A stretch of 64,000 nt of DNA, taken from Octopus bimaculoides. Its lineage: Eukaryota. The first letter of the stretch is position 1; each line of letters opens with the position of its first letter. The DNA lies in NCBI RefSeq assembly GCF_001194135.2, contig NC_068999.1, positions 13,373,837 through 13,437,836 of the forward strand, written 5' to 3'. A program made the position numbers and the translations under genes. Of the stretch, positions 12,316 to 23,900 are shown in pieces. Under the pieces are notes generated by a model. It ran no database searches, was not told the DNA's origin, and saw nothing but the letters and a program-made list of their open reading frames with translations.

Positions 12316-13779
12316 GTATAAATGCACACATACAACAATATATTTAATGAACACAGATGTATGCGTGTGTGAATATATGTGCGTGTGTGTATGTGTCACA
12401 TGTTTATCTTATAACGGAATTCGTATGCCACTTTCTAGCAATACGCTTCTTAAATCAACATATTTCGCACTAGTTACAGAAATTGAGTTCATTTCTAACC
12501 AACTTCTGAACGTATAATTTAATCAGACTTAGTGCCATTACAATTACACTCACAGTTTATTTAATAATTTTGCGTTTTTTTTTTTATTTTTACATGGCAA
12601 TATATGTTCGAACAGAGGCTCACTTGGTTTTACAATGCTGCGTATTTCCAAATTAATTATAATACATTTTATGCATGGTTATTTTGAATGTTATAACGTT
12701 AATTGCAAGCTGGGTGTATCGTCAGATATATATTTCTTCAAAATACCAAATAAAATCCAACTCATGAATTGTTTCCTATGTTTTTTTTTATCTAATATAA
12801 GACACGTTACATACTCAGTTACTAGTTTTTGTATAAAATAATGGAATTAATTCCAAAGTAGCTCGAGTATGGTTGGTTTGCACCACACTTGAAATAATTT
12901 TCTTTGTGTCTTAGTAGTCGTGCATGAGAAAGCATTCCCCCCCACCTTCGAACCATCAGTCAGTAAGCAAGAAAGTTAAAATGAGTCCAAGGCATTCAAC
13001 CAATCACAGTAATATGAAGAATCGTACTCAAGTCATAATAGGTCAAAGATGAAAGTATCAAAACCCTGTAAATGGGGAAAGCCAAACCACTTACTACTTG
13101 ACGACTAATCACTCGATAGTTATTTTTGATATCTCTTGAGTTGAAATTCCGCTGATATCTATTTTGAGTTGTATCCTTTTTAACAGAGGAAATATATACC
13201 GGTTTGGTCCAATGATAGATATAAATCAATGTGCACTCCTTGTAAATTCCTTATTATATTTATATCAATGAAATTATTCGATACCTTATCGGTAAATAAA
13301 GCTTATTGTCAACAGAAAACTCAATATAGATTCTCATTTATTTATTTATTTTTTAATATCTATGGTATGTGCCTGTACATTGACAATTAATACTCAAGAT
13401 TCATTAAAACTACTGACAAATTCCTTTTCTACGAAACTAATTTTGAAAAGAAAAATTATTCTGGCCTACTATATAAAGTTTTTGTAACTTTGACTAATAA
13501 TGCTTTCCTAGATTGCACTATATTCTAGCAAGAAATCTCTCTGGATTGATTTTCTGTTTGAATGATTATAAGTTAGCCAAATCAAAATGGTTTCAGTACT
13601 GATTTGCACCGATCAGTCATCAAAAACTTGCTTTATTCCTGGTCAACTAAAATCAAAATGTATTAAAGTCAGATACAATAGAGAAGTAACATTTGGTAGG
13701 TAAAGCGAGTATTTATCTGGTGTGATGTGTCACACGTTACTTGTTATATATATATAGTTATTAATATTTCTAAGTCTCT

Positions 13780-14139
13780 CTAAAGGAGACTACGGCAGCG
13801 GTACTGGAAATTAATAGTTATCGCCAAGCCAACATGGCAGTCCCAAAATTAGGACGAAAGCTGCCGTGAATTAGCTCCAAGAAGCCATCGCCTCTAGCTA
13901 GCTATGTGACACACGAAACCTGTGTCCATTATAACCTTCGAACAGGGGAAGTCAGCAGTGTCCCCCTGCTGGTTTGGCATCTGCAGACTAGTTTCAGGGT
14001 GTTGCCCCTTGTCAATGCAGAGCAGCCAAGCCCTAGCCAGGCGGCTCTGCTGACTATCTGTTCGAAGGTTATTTATCTAATTTCAGTGGAATCTATTCAC
14101 TCTATTTCTGAAAACCAGTGGATAGATTCCACTGAAATT
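13780..14139. mobile_element. Structured non-autonomous element, probably a Penelope-like terminal repeat, with nested inverted repeats
   Basis: IRs: 13931-13945/14058-14072 (15 bp, perfect), 13950-13958/14047-14055, and 14079-14101/14117-14139 (23 bp, 1 mismatch). It contains the hammerhead motif and runs into a gap. Confidence 0.55.
13980..14021 (-). ncRNA. Degenerate minimal type I hammerhead ribozyme motif (Penelope/retrozyme type)
   Basis: Minus strand: UCUGCA-UUGACAA-GGGG-CAACA-CCCU-GAAA-CUAG-UC-UGCAGA. Stem I is UCUGCA/UGCAGA and stem III is the palindrome ACUAGU with a GUC site. The core differs from CUGACGA...C-GAAA by three transitions. Confidence 0.6.
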
Positions 14140-15879
14140 NNNNNNNNNNNNNNNNNNNNNNNNNNNNNNNNNNNNNNNNNNNNNNNNNNNNNNNNNNNNN
14201 NNNNNNNNNNNNNNNNNNNNNNNNNNNNNNNNNNNNNNNNNNNNNNNNNNNNNNNNNNNNNNNNNNNNNNNNNNNNNNNNNNNNNNNNNNNNNNNNNNNN
14301 NNNNNNNNNNNNNNNNNNNNNNNNNNNNNNNNNNNNNNNNNNNNNNNNNNNNNNNNNNNNNNNNNNNNNNNNNNNNNNNNNNNNNNNNNNNNNNNNNNNN
14401 NNNNNNNNNNNNNNNNNNNNNNNNNNNNNNNNNNNNNNNNNNNNNNNNNNNNNNNNNNNNNNNNNNNNNNNNNNNNNNNNNNNNNNNNNNNNNNNNNNNN
14501 NNNNNNNNNNNNNNNNNNNNNNNNNNNNNNNNNNNNNNNNNNNNNNNNNNNNNNNNNNNNNNNNNNNNNNNNNNNNNNNNNNNNNNNNNNNNNNNNNNNN
14601 NNNNNNNNNNNNNNNNNNNNNNNNNNNNNNNNNNNNNNNNNNNNNNNNNNNNNNNNNNNNNNNNNNNNNNNNNNNNNNNNNNNNNNNNNNNNNNNNNNNN
14701 NNNNNNNNNNNNNNNNNNNNNNNNNNNNNNNNNNNNNNNNNNNNNNNNNNNNNNNNNNNNNNNNNNNNNNNNNNNNNNNNNNNNNNNNNNNNNNNNNNNN
14801 NNNNNNNNNNNNNNNNNNNNNNNNNNNNNNNNNNNNNNNNNNNNNNNNNNNNNNNNNNNNNNNNNNNNNNNNNNNNNNNNNNNNNNNNNNNNNNNNNNNN
14901 NNNNATATATATATATATATATATATAAAAAAGGAAAATAAGACAAGGTAGAACGTGTTAAAATAGTTTTTTAACAATTTCTACGTTGTTTTCATTTCGT
15001 TTTACGTAACAACTCGTGTGTTACTTTACCCCGCGCATTGGTGTAGTGACATTTGAAATATGGACTAGGTGAATGTAACCGATTATAACTAATCAAATTT
15101 ACATTATCAAACGTAATTTATGAAAGTTTGAAACCTAGGTCCTAAATAATACACATCCAGGTTGTGCATTTATAAAATATTTTTTCCTACTGGTAAGATG
15201 GAACTTTTTCATATTAGCTGCCAGTATACATAAACATTCCAGTATAAACATTCTTCCCGAGTACCGTATTTTTTTCTAATACACACACACACACACACAC
15301 ACACATGTATATATATATGTTATTCAGTGAAGTTTTACTATAGCATCGTATATTATCGACTTCCATTTGCAGCAAATATCGGTGCATTGTTGTACCACTA
15401 TCCTATTTATACTTTAACGTGACGGTCCTTTGTTTTGCTGGGAAGCAACACTACTGTATTGCACTATTCCATAAGTTTCCTTTTTTTCCTTTGATATGTA
15501 TATATGTATGTGTTTTGCGAAATATATATAAAAGTTGCCAACAAAATTAGATTTTGTGTTTGGTAAAACAAAAACGTTATTCCTTTATAAAAATATGGCT
15601 TGCATTCCCTCTGAATTTTTAGCTTTTGTGAAAATATTGTCATTAATGAATACAACTAAAATGGCGTTCATGAATATTAACTAATATGATGTCAAATATA
15701 TCATAAACACTTATTAGATTGATATGCTCTACGACGTTCTTGACGTGCAGCCAGATGGGAGTGTATTTGTGGTGATAACATAGAGGGAGTATGTTGTTCA
15801 TGTGGGTAATGATGGTGTCTGTGGTACTAATGATGATGAGAATGAATCGGAGGAGGAGGAAAAGGAGGGGAAGAAGGCG

Positions 15880-17290
15880 GATGATTGTCAGACAATATCT
15901 TGTCTGGGATGCCAAATCTTGGAAAATTAACGTGAAAAGTTTCATCAAATAGGAGGTGGTTGTTTTTTTTTTACAATAACGAATTTCTGGTCATTTCGAG
16001 AACCTTTCAATTAGGACTAAGCATTAAGAATCAGTTAAAGGATCAGCGATGAATCTCGACCACGGAACATTTACTTTTAAAGACATTTTTTTCTTTTTTC
16101 GTGGGCAATTTTGTATTTCGTTTTGGCTTACATACAGGTGTAACACTCTCTTTTAATACAATCTGTTTCTGTCAGTCCTTCACGCGCATTCAAACTTTCG
16201 AACGAACCACACAAATCACTTATTTCATACTTTGTATACTTTCATTCACTCCCTACCGAACAAATTAAGTGAACTTTGTAACGCATACGTCTGGGACTTT
16301 TGACGTCGAAATATTACATATAAATTCACTGAAAACATATATTTTTTTCCCGTAAACCCATGTGCTACGTTCTTCAATTTAATTAATTTTGGATTACGGA
16401 TATATTTCCATTTTTTTTTTTTATTTGGTTATAACGCTGATAACACCTCCAGTGTCTATTTTCATTTTAAGACATGTATTTCTGATTTTCACCCACACAA
16501 ACTTCCTCATCGTTATATTATCAATTTATTCCGATGACATATATTATTTTTCCTTTTTTCTGACGTTGTGTCACCTTCATTCTCCAGTGCGTCTTAATAT
16601 ATCCTATATTTACACAACGAAAGCACACCATGCGAAACATGGGTTTATTTCCTAATTTTTGTCTTGATTTTTTTAGAAAACGCTTTATCTCTATTCTAAT
16701 TATTTCGATCTTGCTTTACTTGGAAACAATCATTACGTTCAATTTCCTCTGTGCCGTATCTTAATTTGACTCTCCTTTCACATTTTTCTGACACATCCTG
16801 GCTTTGTTTCAGCTTTGCGAGAATTCTGGTTCTAACTTCTGCGGCCTTTTTGGCAGCAAGTCCCTATGCAATCTGAGGCATTTGAACATGGCTTGTGTTA
16901 ATCAGTCCGGCGCAAACTTCTTACTCTCCGTTTACTCTACCAGCATATGTAATGTAGTCCACATCGTTGTTTTTCTCTATGTTCTTACACTTCCAACGTC
17001 TGTTGAACAATGAGCTTTTTTTCACTGAAAATTTTCTGTCAGATATTTATTGTGTCATTAAAGTGTATGTGCGAAACTTTTCTTCGGAGTACATAATTAG
17101 TGTATCGTTCATGTTTTGTTGTCGCCACTTTTGTAAAGTTTAAACGCGTTTTCATTTCGTCGTCCCAATCTTTATATTCTTTCTCGAAGTATTGCACATA
17201 TCTTCTGTAGTATGATTCTGTAGTATGATTCGAACTCTTGCGTCAGGTGCGTATTTGAACTTTGATTGGGAGTTCCCTGCAACAAAAATG
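15880..17290 (-). mobile_element. Ty3/Gypsy LTR retrotransposon remnant (gag, protease, integrase core; RT/RNase H deleted)
   Basis: Minus strand. Gag: YYRRYVQYFEKEYKDWDDEMK..KIFSEKSSLFNRRWKC..MFKCL..AEVRTRILAKLKQ. Protease: RKFVWVKIRNTCLKMKIDTGGVISVI (DTG at 16448-16456). Integrase: VPWSR..LVLIERFSK*PEI..PRFGIPDKILSDN. Confidence 0.88.
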
Positions 17291-18311
17291 GAAGTGGAGA
17301 ATGAGAAAAACAGAAAAGAAAGCTGGTGTAGAATATAACCAGGATGTAATAACGAAGATATGGTCTAGCTGATAATTTCGATGGAGTAATAATTTAGGCA
17401 GATTTTAGATTTTGATTACTAAATCGCAATGACATCAAAACAATTTTATCATAACTCGACTTCCTTACTCTCACTTCCAAAATGTGTGAAACTTACTACA
17501 GTTATATATATCAATATACATTTTACTCACATTTCGGGCATAACATTTATCATCGACTGAAAAGTGTGTGCGCTTATGTAAATAAGATATAATCTTTCAA
17601 AGTCCTTACACTAAATAAGGCCTGCGTTAGAAAGAGCGTTTAGCAATTCGGTAATAGCATTCATTATGCACGATTTTAAGCTGGCTTTTCTACACAGGAA
17701 ATTGCGTTATTTTCAGCTAATGTGGACATCACAAAACACTTTAATGATTTCTTTATCAAGTATATTTGCTGTGCAACGAACTCTTCAAACATTTGCACAT
17801 ATTTATGTTTATCTTGTTGGTGGATTTTGCACAAACGTCTGCTTCTGGTTTTGTGAGTGTCTGTCCTCTCATGTAAGTCAGTAGTATTCAGCAGGTGAAT
17901 AGGTATAGCCTTGGCATTAGAGACATATCATACATGCACAAAATAACGCACAAGTACACATCCATGTATATAAGTATCTATAGTGGTTTGCATGTGAGTA
18001 TATGTGTCACACACATACACATATATACATAACTATATTTATAAAATTGAATATTTTTCTATATGTGTATGTGTGCAAAATTGTTAATCCCGTATTCATA
18101 AATATGTCTCACTTACATAAACTTGTTTGTATTTTAGTAAACTCATGCTAGCCGCAATATAACTGAAGCCATTTCAGAACCATGCATACGTTTAGAATCG
18201 TAACGTATGAGTGTGTAACATAGTGCATATAAATAAACAATCTACATCTTAATTCAAAGTTGAAATGTTGAATGGATTATCATTCGTTTACTGTTACATT
18301 TAGACGCACGG

Positions 18312-18314
<3 letters not shown>

Positions 18315-18397
<83 letters not shown>

Positions 18398-18438
18398 TGT
18401 GTGTATGTGTGTGTGTATGTGTGTGTGTGTGTGTATGT

Positions 18439-18475
<37 letters not shown>
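18315..18475. repeat. (TA)n-(TG)n-(TA)n compound microsatellite
   Basis: Direct reading. Confidence 0.95.
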
Positions 18476-18477
<2 letters not shown>

Positions 18478-18772
18478 TAGTCAATTTAGAATAAACTGTC
18501 AATTGAAATAAAACATTAATAAAATCAACGGACAACAAGATATCTAGCACAAGGAATGTATTAGCTTGACAGTCAGTTAAAAGAATGAATTAGCTCTTCG
18601 TCGAAAGGAGTGATCAAAATCGCCAAGATACACACACACAGAATCTCGCGCACGCACACAGGCATACATATAACGTGGATAACTTAGATATTTCAGTTCT
18701 ATATTTAAGAGATGAGGAATTACGTACATTATCTACATTCGACGGTTATGTGTCCTCATTTTGTTTGTTGTT

Positions 18773-18818
18773 AACACAACCTTTCGACTGATATACCCTG
18801 CAGCCTTCTTCAGGTGTC
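18773..18818 (-). ncRNA. Mirror hammerhead motif on the minus strand, with a stem III mutation
   Basis: Same core as 18900-18945, but GAAAGGUU instead of GAAACGUU, which breaks the palindrome. Confidence 0.6.
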
Positions 18819-18899
18819 TTTGGGAAATTTCGAACGTGGGTTCTCATTCCTAGGTATGAGAACCGTAAGAATGAGAACCCATGTTCGAAATTTCCCAAA

Positions 18900-18945
18900 G
18901 ACACCTGAAGAAGGCTGCAGGGTATATCAGTCGAAACGTTGTGTT
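18900..18945 (+). ncRNA. Minimal type I hammerhead ribozyme motif
   Basis: GACAC-CUGAAGA-A-GGCUG-CAGGGUAUAU-CAGUC-GAAA-CG-UU-GUGUU. Stem I is GACAC/GUGUU, stem II is GGCUG/CAGUC and stem III is the palindrome AACGUU. Predicted cleavage is 3' of 18940. Confidence 0.75.
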
Positions 18946-19069
18946 AACAACAAACAAGATGAGGACAAATATCCGCCGAATGTAAATCGTTTAACTTAGA
19001 CACGTTGGACTAAAGATTATTCCAGGCCATGTGGAACTTATTAGCAGCACTTGATAGGATTAGTTACTT

Positions 19070-19570
19070 ACTTTTTTAAGTCTAGTTTTGTGTATCATGG
19101 TTCATTCGAGTAGGGTGTTCTTGTTGAGTATGTTGTATCCAGTTATATGTGACTTATCTGGTATTCCTTGAAGAAATTCATCCAGATTCCGTTTAAATGT
19201 AATGGGATCCTTTTCTTCTTTGGTCCTTCAGGATAATGTTAAATAAGTCAGGGCCAGTTGCGGAAAAGAAGTTGTGTCACAGTTTATTTATTTGTTGTGA
19301 TCCTGAATCGGGTAGTGTAATATAGCGCGTGGTCTTAGCATTGGATGACTTTTGAATTTAATGTTGAAGTATTTGGCAATAATGGTGGCACATCTACATC
19401 GTACAAATCATGTAACATTCACGGCGGCGCTGGAGAGAATAGAGTTTCAATGTTATAAGGCGTTCCCAATAATCGAGATCAGCATGATCTGCAGTATTGT
19501 TTCTGCAGTACTTCTGCCATTTCTTTAGCATCGTGTTGGACAATTAATGCCGTGGACCACCGAGTGAGAC
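19070..19570 (-). mobile_element. CR1-type LINE 3' fragment with an internal deletion
   Basis: Minus strand: YWERLITLKLYSLQRRRE..NIKFKSHPMLRPRA..HNFFSATGPDLFNII (CR1 ORF2 C-terminus), fused directly to DAKEMAEVLQ (a pre-RT linker-like motif). Confidence 0.8.
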
Positions 19571-19691
19571 AGCGGGCCTATACTCATTTGCATATGAATA
19601 GAACACTCTTGGATTCTGTTTGATGTTTTTGATTACAAACTAAATATACACACATACATATACACATACACACATATGCATACATATAAAT

Positions 19692-19737
<46 letters not shown>

Positions 19738-19747
19738 ACACACACAT

Positions 19748-19779
<32 letters not shown>

Positions 19780-20368
19780 TTAATGGTGAATACTGAGCAG
19801 TGAAGAACATTACAAACTTTAGGGAAAACACGTTGTGAACATTGCCTATAAATCATTATTAATAATTATGACGGACTTCAATATCCTGAATGAAAGGCAG
19901 GAGCTACCGCCAAAATGTATTTAAAAATATAGATCATTTACTTGTTCATTATTCATTTGAGAATTATGTAACACCTGTGCACCTACTCATCACAATAGTT
20001 TAGAGATAACATATTTTAATTAATTGCCACCATTCTTCTTTTCTCCAATTAAGGAATATTTCTATTACTCTAGTTTTCTCGCTGTTTATTATGATGACAA
20101 GATAACTATTTTATTTTTCCTTATTTAACATTATTTGTCCTTTCTTATTGATATTGCTTGGTTTTACTGTTATTCTCTTTTTACTTTTATCTTATTCACT
20201 TAGTACGTGTATCAGTTAATATACCACATTGTATGAGAATTATACGTTAACCTTACTATTTCAGGTTTACCAGAGATATTTTAGTTCTATAATTTACGAG
20301 TGGACTGGAGTCTTGGTCTTAATTTTGATTTACCTAATATAGTATTTTTGGAATACATAATTACTATA

Positions 20369-20545
20369 AGGCCGCGGACTGGCAGAATATTTAGCATGCC
20401 GCTTGAAATGCTTCTGTCTATACGCTCTGTGTTCAGATTCCGCCGAGGTCGACTTTGCCTTTCATCCCTTCAGCGTAGTACTAGTTGGGTATTGGAGTCC
20501 CCTCCCCGACAATTTCGGGTTTTCTGCCTAGACTAGAAAAGAATA
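20369..20545 (+). mobile_element. SINE family B copy
   Basis: A-box-like TGGCAGAATATT and B-box-like GTTCAGATTCC, followed by GAGGTCGACTTTGCCTTTCATCC. Confidence 0.85.
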
Positions 20546-20884
20546 CGAAATTAATATTTCTCCCCATTTGTGGTAACTTTTTATGCTGATAAACTCGTAT
20601 CAAATATTTAGATGTTGATTATGCAGGTTCAAAATGCATAGCGGCTCTCAACATGCCTAGGTGCCTGTATATTAGAAAATACAGCCTATTGAAGACAAAG
20701 TAGTAATTGCCAACAGTCTACCACTGACCTTAAAGAGTGTGTAGAGTAACACATTTCTTTATTCGATTTCAATGCCCTTCACTCGTAACAAGAGCCCACA
20801 CTGTCTCACACTTGATGCTTTAAAATAAACGTACATGACATTATACCTGTACCCATATACATAAATACATACATACATACATAC

Positions 20885-20918
<34 letters not shown>

Positions 20919-22964
20919 NNNNNNNNNNNNNNNNNNNNNNNNNNNNNNNNNNNNNNNNNNNNNNNNNNNNNNNNNNNNNNNNNNNNNNNNNNNNNNNNNN
21001 NNNNNNNNNNNNNNNNNNNNNNNNNNNNNNNNNNNNNNNNNNNNNNNNNNNNNNNNNNNNNNNNNNNNNNNNNNNNNNNNNNNNNNNNNNNNNNNNNNNN
21101 NNNNNNNNNNNNNNNNNNNNNNNNNNNTATATATATATATATATATATTACTATTATAGAATGACACATTTATGTGTATATAAGGGAAACTACAGATATT
21201 CATCTTCGAATATTTGGATTGGTTTGTTTGTAGAGAATAGACGAATCTGATGTGTAATCTTTTCTCTTGCGTAATGTATATTATATCAATAGAATTGTTT
21301 CAAATAAAAAGTCACGTTTCTATATATTTTGTAATACAGATTTGCATCGACAATATATATTCCTTTACGTTATATATGAGTAACATAATACATTATTTAA
21401 TATTTTTGTAAGTGGAGTAGAAAATGTAGCTACTCTTCTGAGATATACCAGAATTTGATTTATAGCTTTGCTTGTTATGAGAAGAAGAGAAAGCAAAATA
21501 CATAAAGAACAATGAAGGAAATCACTTGAAATGAAACACGAAAATATACAAAAAAACATACTGATTGAGACAATGCAATTAACTTCAAAACACAATCAAA
21601 ACACAATAGGAAAATAAATCACGATTCATTACTCACAACAAAACCAATACCTGCCAATAGGATGCAAAAATTATGTGACAGTAATACCTTCAAAGCCTAC
21701 AAGCTGTAAAAGAAACAGAACAAACGGCATCGTATGCGGCAGGACTCGCAAAAAACAAAGCGAAGGATAAGCTATGACAAATACAACACATGCACATCAG
21801 TGAAAACACTGACTATCAATCCCAAGAAACTCCGTAATTAAATTGAAATGAAATAAAACAAACTTTTAAAAATTTTATAGGAGTAGTCTTCACGCAACTA
21901 GCAATATCACCAATCAAGGAAAAGACAGTAAAACATCCATTTAAACGGCAAGCGAATAAAAAGACTTTATTTGTTTAATTTCACATTTTTATCACTTCTT
22001 CAATGTTTAGCTATGATTGATTACCCGATGAAGTGAACTAAATTAAGTGCAAAAACGATATATGTAAATTTATCACATTCTTTAAATACAGCAGAATGAA
22101 AGAAATAATGCGAGAAATAACTAAGAAAAACAGTAAAATTAAATTCAAATATTTGAGAGCAATCATTTTATTTTATCATTTCTTTGGTTGGCTCGATAAA
22201 TTTACGTGACATTGGGAAGTGATTATGTTGGAGTACATAATAATGTTAACAACTTGAGTGGAACATTGAAGAGTCTGTCTGTGTGTTCTACTGTAAGAGT
22301 ATGAAACTTATGTTGCACATTAACAGTAGAAAAAAAAAAGAAGTGAATAAACTAAGACAAGTTTGATGTGTTATAGAATCATTTTAAGTGAGACGACAAT
22401 GTTATGCAGACGCTAAACAGACACAAAATAAATAGCTATTGTATTTATATCTATTTTAGTTGTGTAATCTACTACAGATGGGCCCATATTTCATCTGTCC
22501 CAAAGGTGCTTAACATTTTGTGATTTCACTAATTCCTTACTGAAGGCCGGTGCAATTCTGGAGAGGGGGTGTTAGAGAGTCAGTAATACTTAACTTGGAC
22601 GGCTAAACTTGTTTATCTTCTCTGAAATATGGAATGGGAAAGCGATATTAGATTAATTACAATCAAAAATATAAGAGATCCAAAATTGATATCTCATTTC
22701 CTTGTATCTGAATGATTTTAGAATGATTTTGCTTTGTGTTCTAAAGTGTTTGCCTGACTGTGTAACGACCCAGGACATTCGTCTCTGCTAAATTGTTCAT
22801 AATCAAAAGTTCATAGTTAAGATACTAATATAATTGACTTGTAATTCGATAAGTTTACATTTATAAGATTGTTATAGTTGACCCTCTACTAATGAACAGG
22901 AATACTAAAACATTGTGTGTGTGTATGTGGGGTCTGTATGCGGGGGCGCGTGTCTGTGTGTGTG

Positions 22965-23795
22965 AACTTCCGCTTTGAGAAACACCCGTCGTAATTATGG
23001 CTTCCACCGCTAGAACTCACTTCATGCACCCCTCAGTCATAAATATGCTGACCGGTATCATCGCGTGTAGTCTTCCTGCCACATGGTGGATTGTTGGTTT
23101 GCAGTCCTCCTCCCTTGTTTGTCCATTTTTGTGACGGCTGAAACGAAGTAAAAACGTGCATCCGTGTGAAATTCTGTTATCTGCTAGCGAAAACAGCGAC
23201 TGAAAGAGTTGCTATGGTTGTAACATCTTCCAAATATTTTGCCATGAGCAGAACACACGGTTCCGAGTGGTTTTCACGCTTTGGAAATGGTCAATTTTGG
23301 CTTGAAGACCAACCTCGTTATGGACGGCCGTCAACCTCACGAAGGATTGTAAACATCATGAGAATACATGAAATGATATTTGAAGGGCTATCACTGAAAC
23401 AATGAGGTAGACGTTGAAATGATTGGCGTTAGCTGGAGCTCCTGTCAACGAATTTTCAGCGAGGAATTGGGAATGAAAAGAGTTATATCAAAATTTGGTT
23501 CTTGATTGCTGACGGAAGATCGAAAGCAGCTGTAATCGTGTGGTGAACTGAAAGAACAGCTGGAAATTGCTCCTAAAATGTTTTTGAGGTGCATCACCAT
23601 CGGCAAAATATGGTGCTACGGAATTTGAAGACGTTGAAGAGGTGAAGAAAAGCAACCACGGAGGCGTTAACACGCATTGCTTTTTAAGTGATCCATCAGT
23701 GGAAAACGCGTCTGCACCGATATATTGCTTTCTTACGTTGAAGGCGATAAATGTGTAAACATGTAAAAATAAGTGAATAAAATAAAACGTCAAAG
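22965..23795 (+). mobile_element. Mariner deletion derivative (HTH retained, most of the catalytic core deleted)
   Basis: VKFCYLLAKTATE..MSRTHGSEWFSRFGNGQFWLEDQPRYGRPSTS..ELGMKRVISKF..CITIGKIWCYG, joined at ~23622 to FEDVEEVKK..YVEGDK. Confidence 0.88.
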
Positions 23796-23796
23796 A

Positions 23797-23840
<44 letters not shown>

Positions 23841-23848
23841 CGTATATG

Positions 23849-23900
<52 letters not shown>

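Larger units (their letters stand above)
18734..18984. repeat. Fold-back palindrome with 116-bp arms and a 19-nt loop; Penelope-like inverted terminal repeats
   Basis: 18734-18849 is the reverse complement of 18869-18984 with 6 mismatches by manual alignment. Confidence 0.95.

Noticed and set aside
13785-13870. Partial HDV-like ribozyme resemblance (ACGGCAGC/GCTGCCGT as P2, GGCA-GTCC..GGA-C-GAAA)
   Set aside because: The P3/L3/P1' segment is ~16 nt too long and no convincing P1 partner was found.
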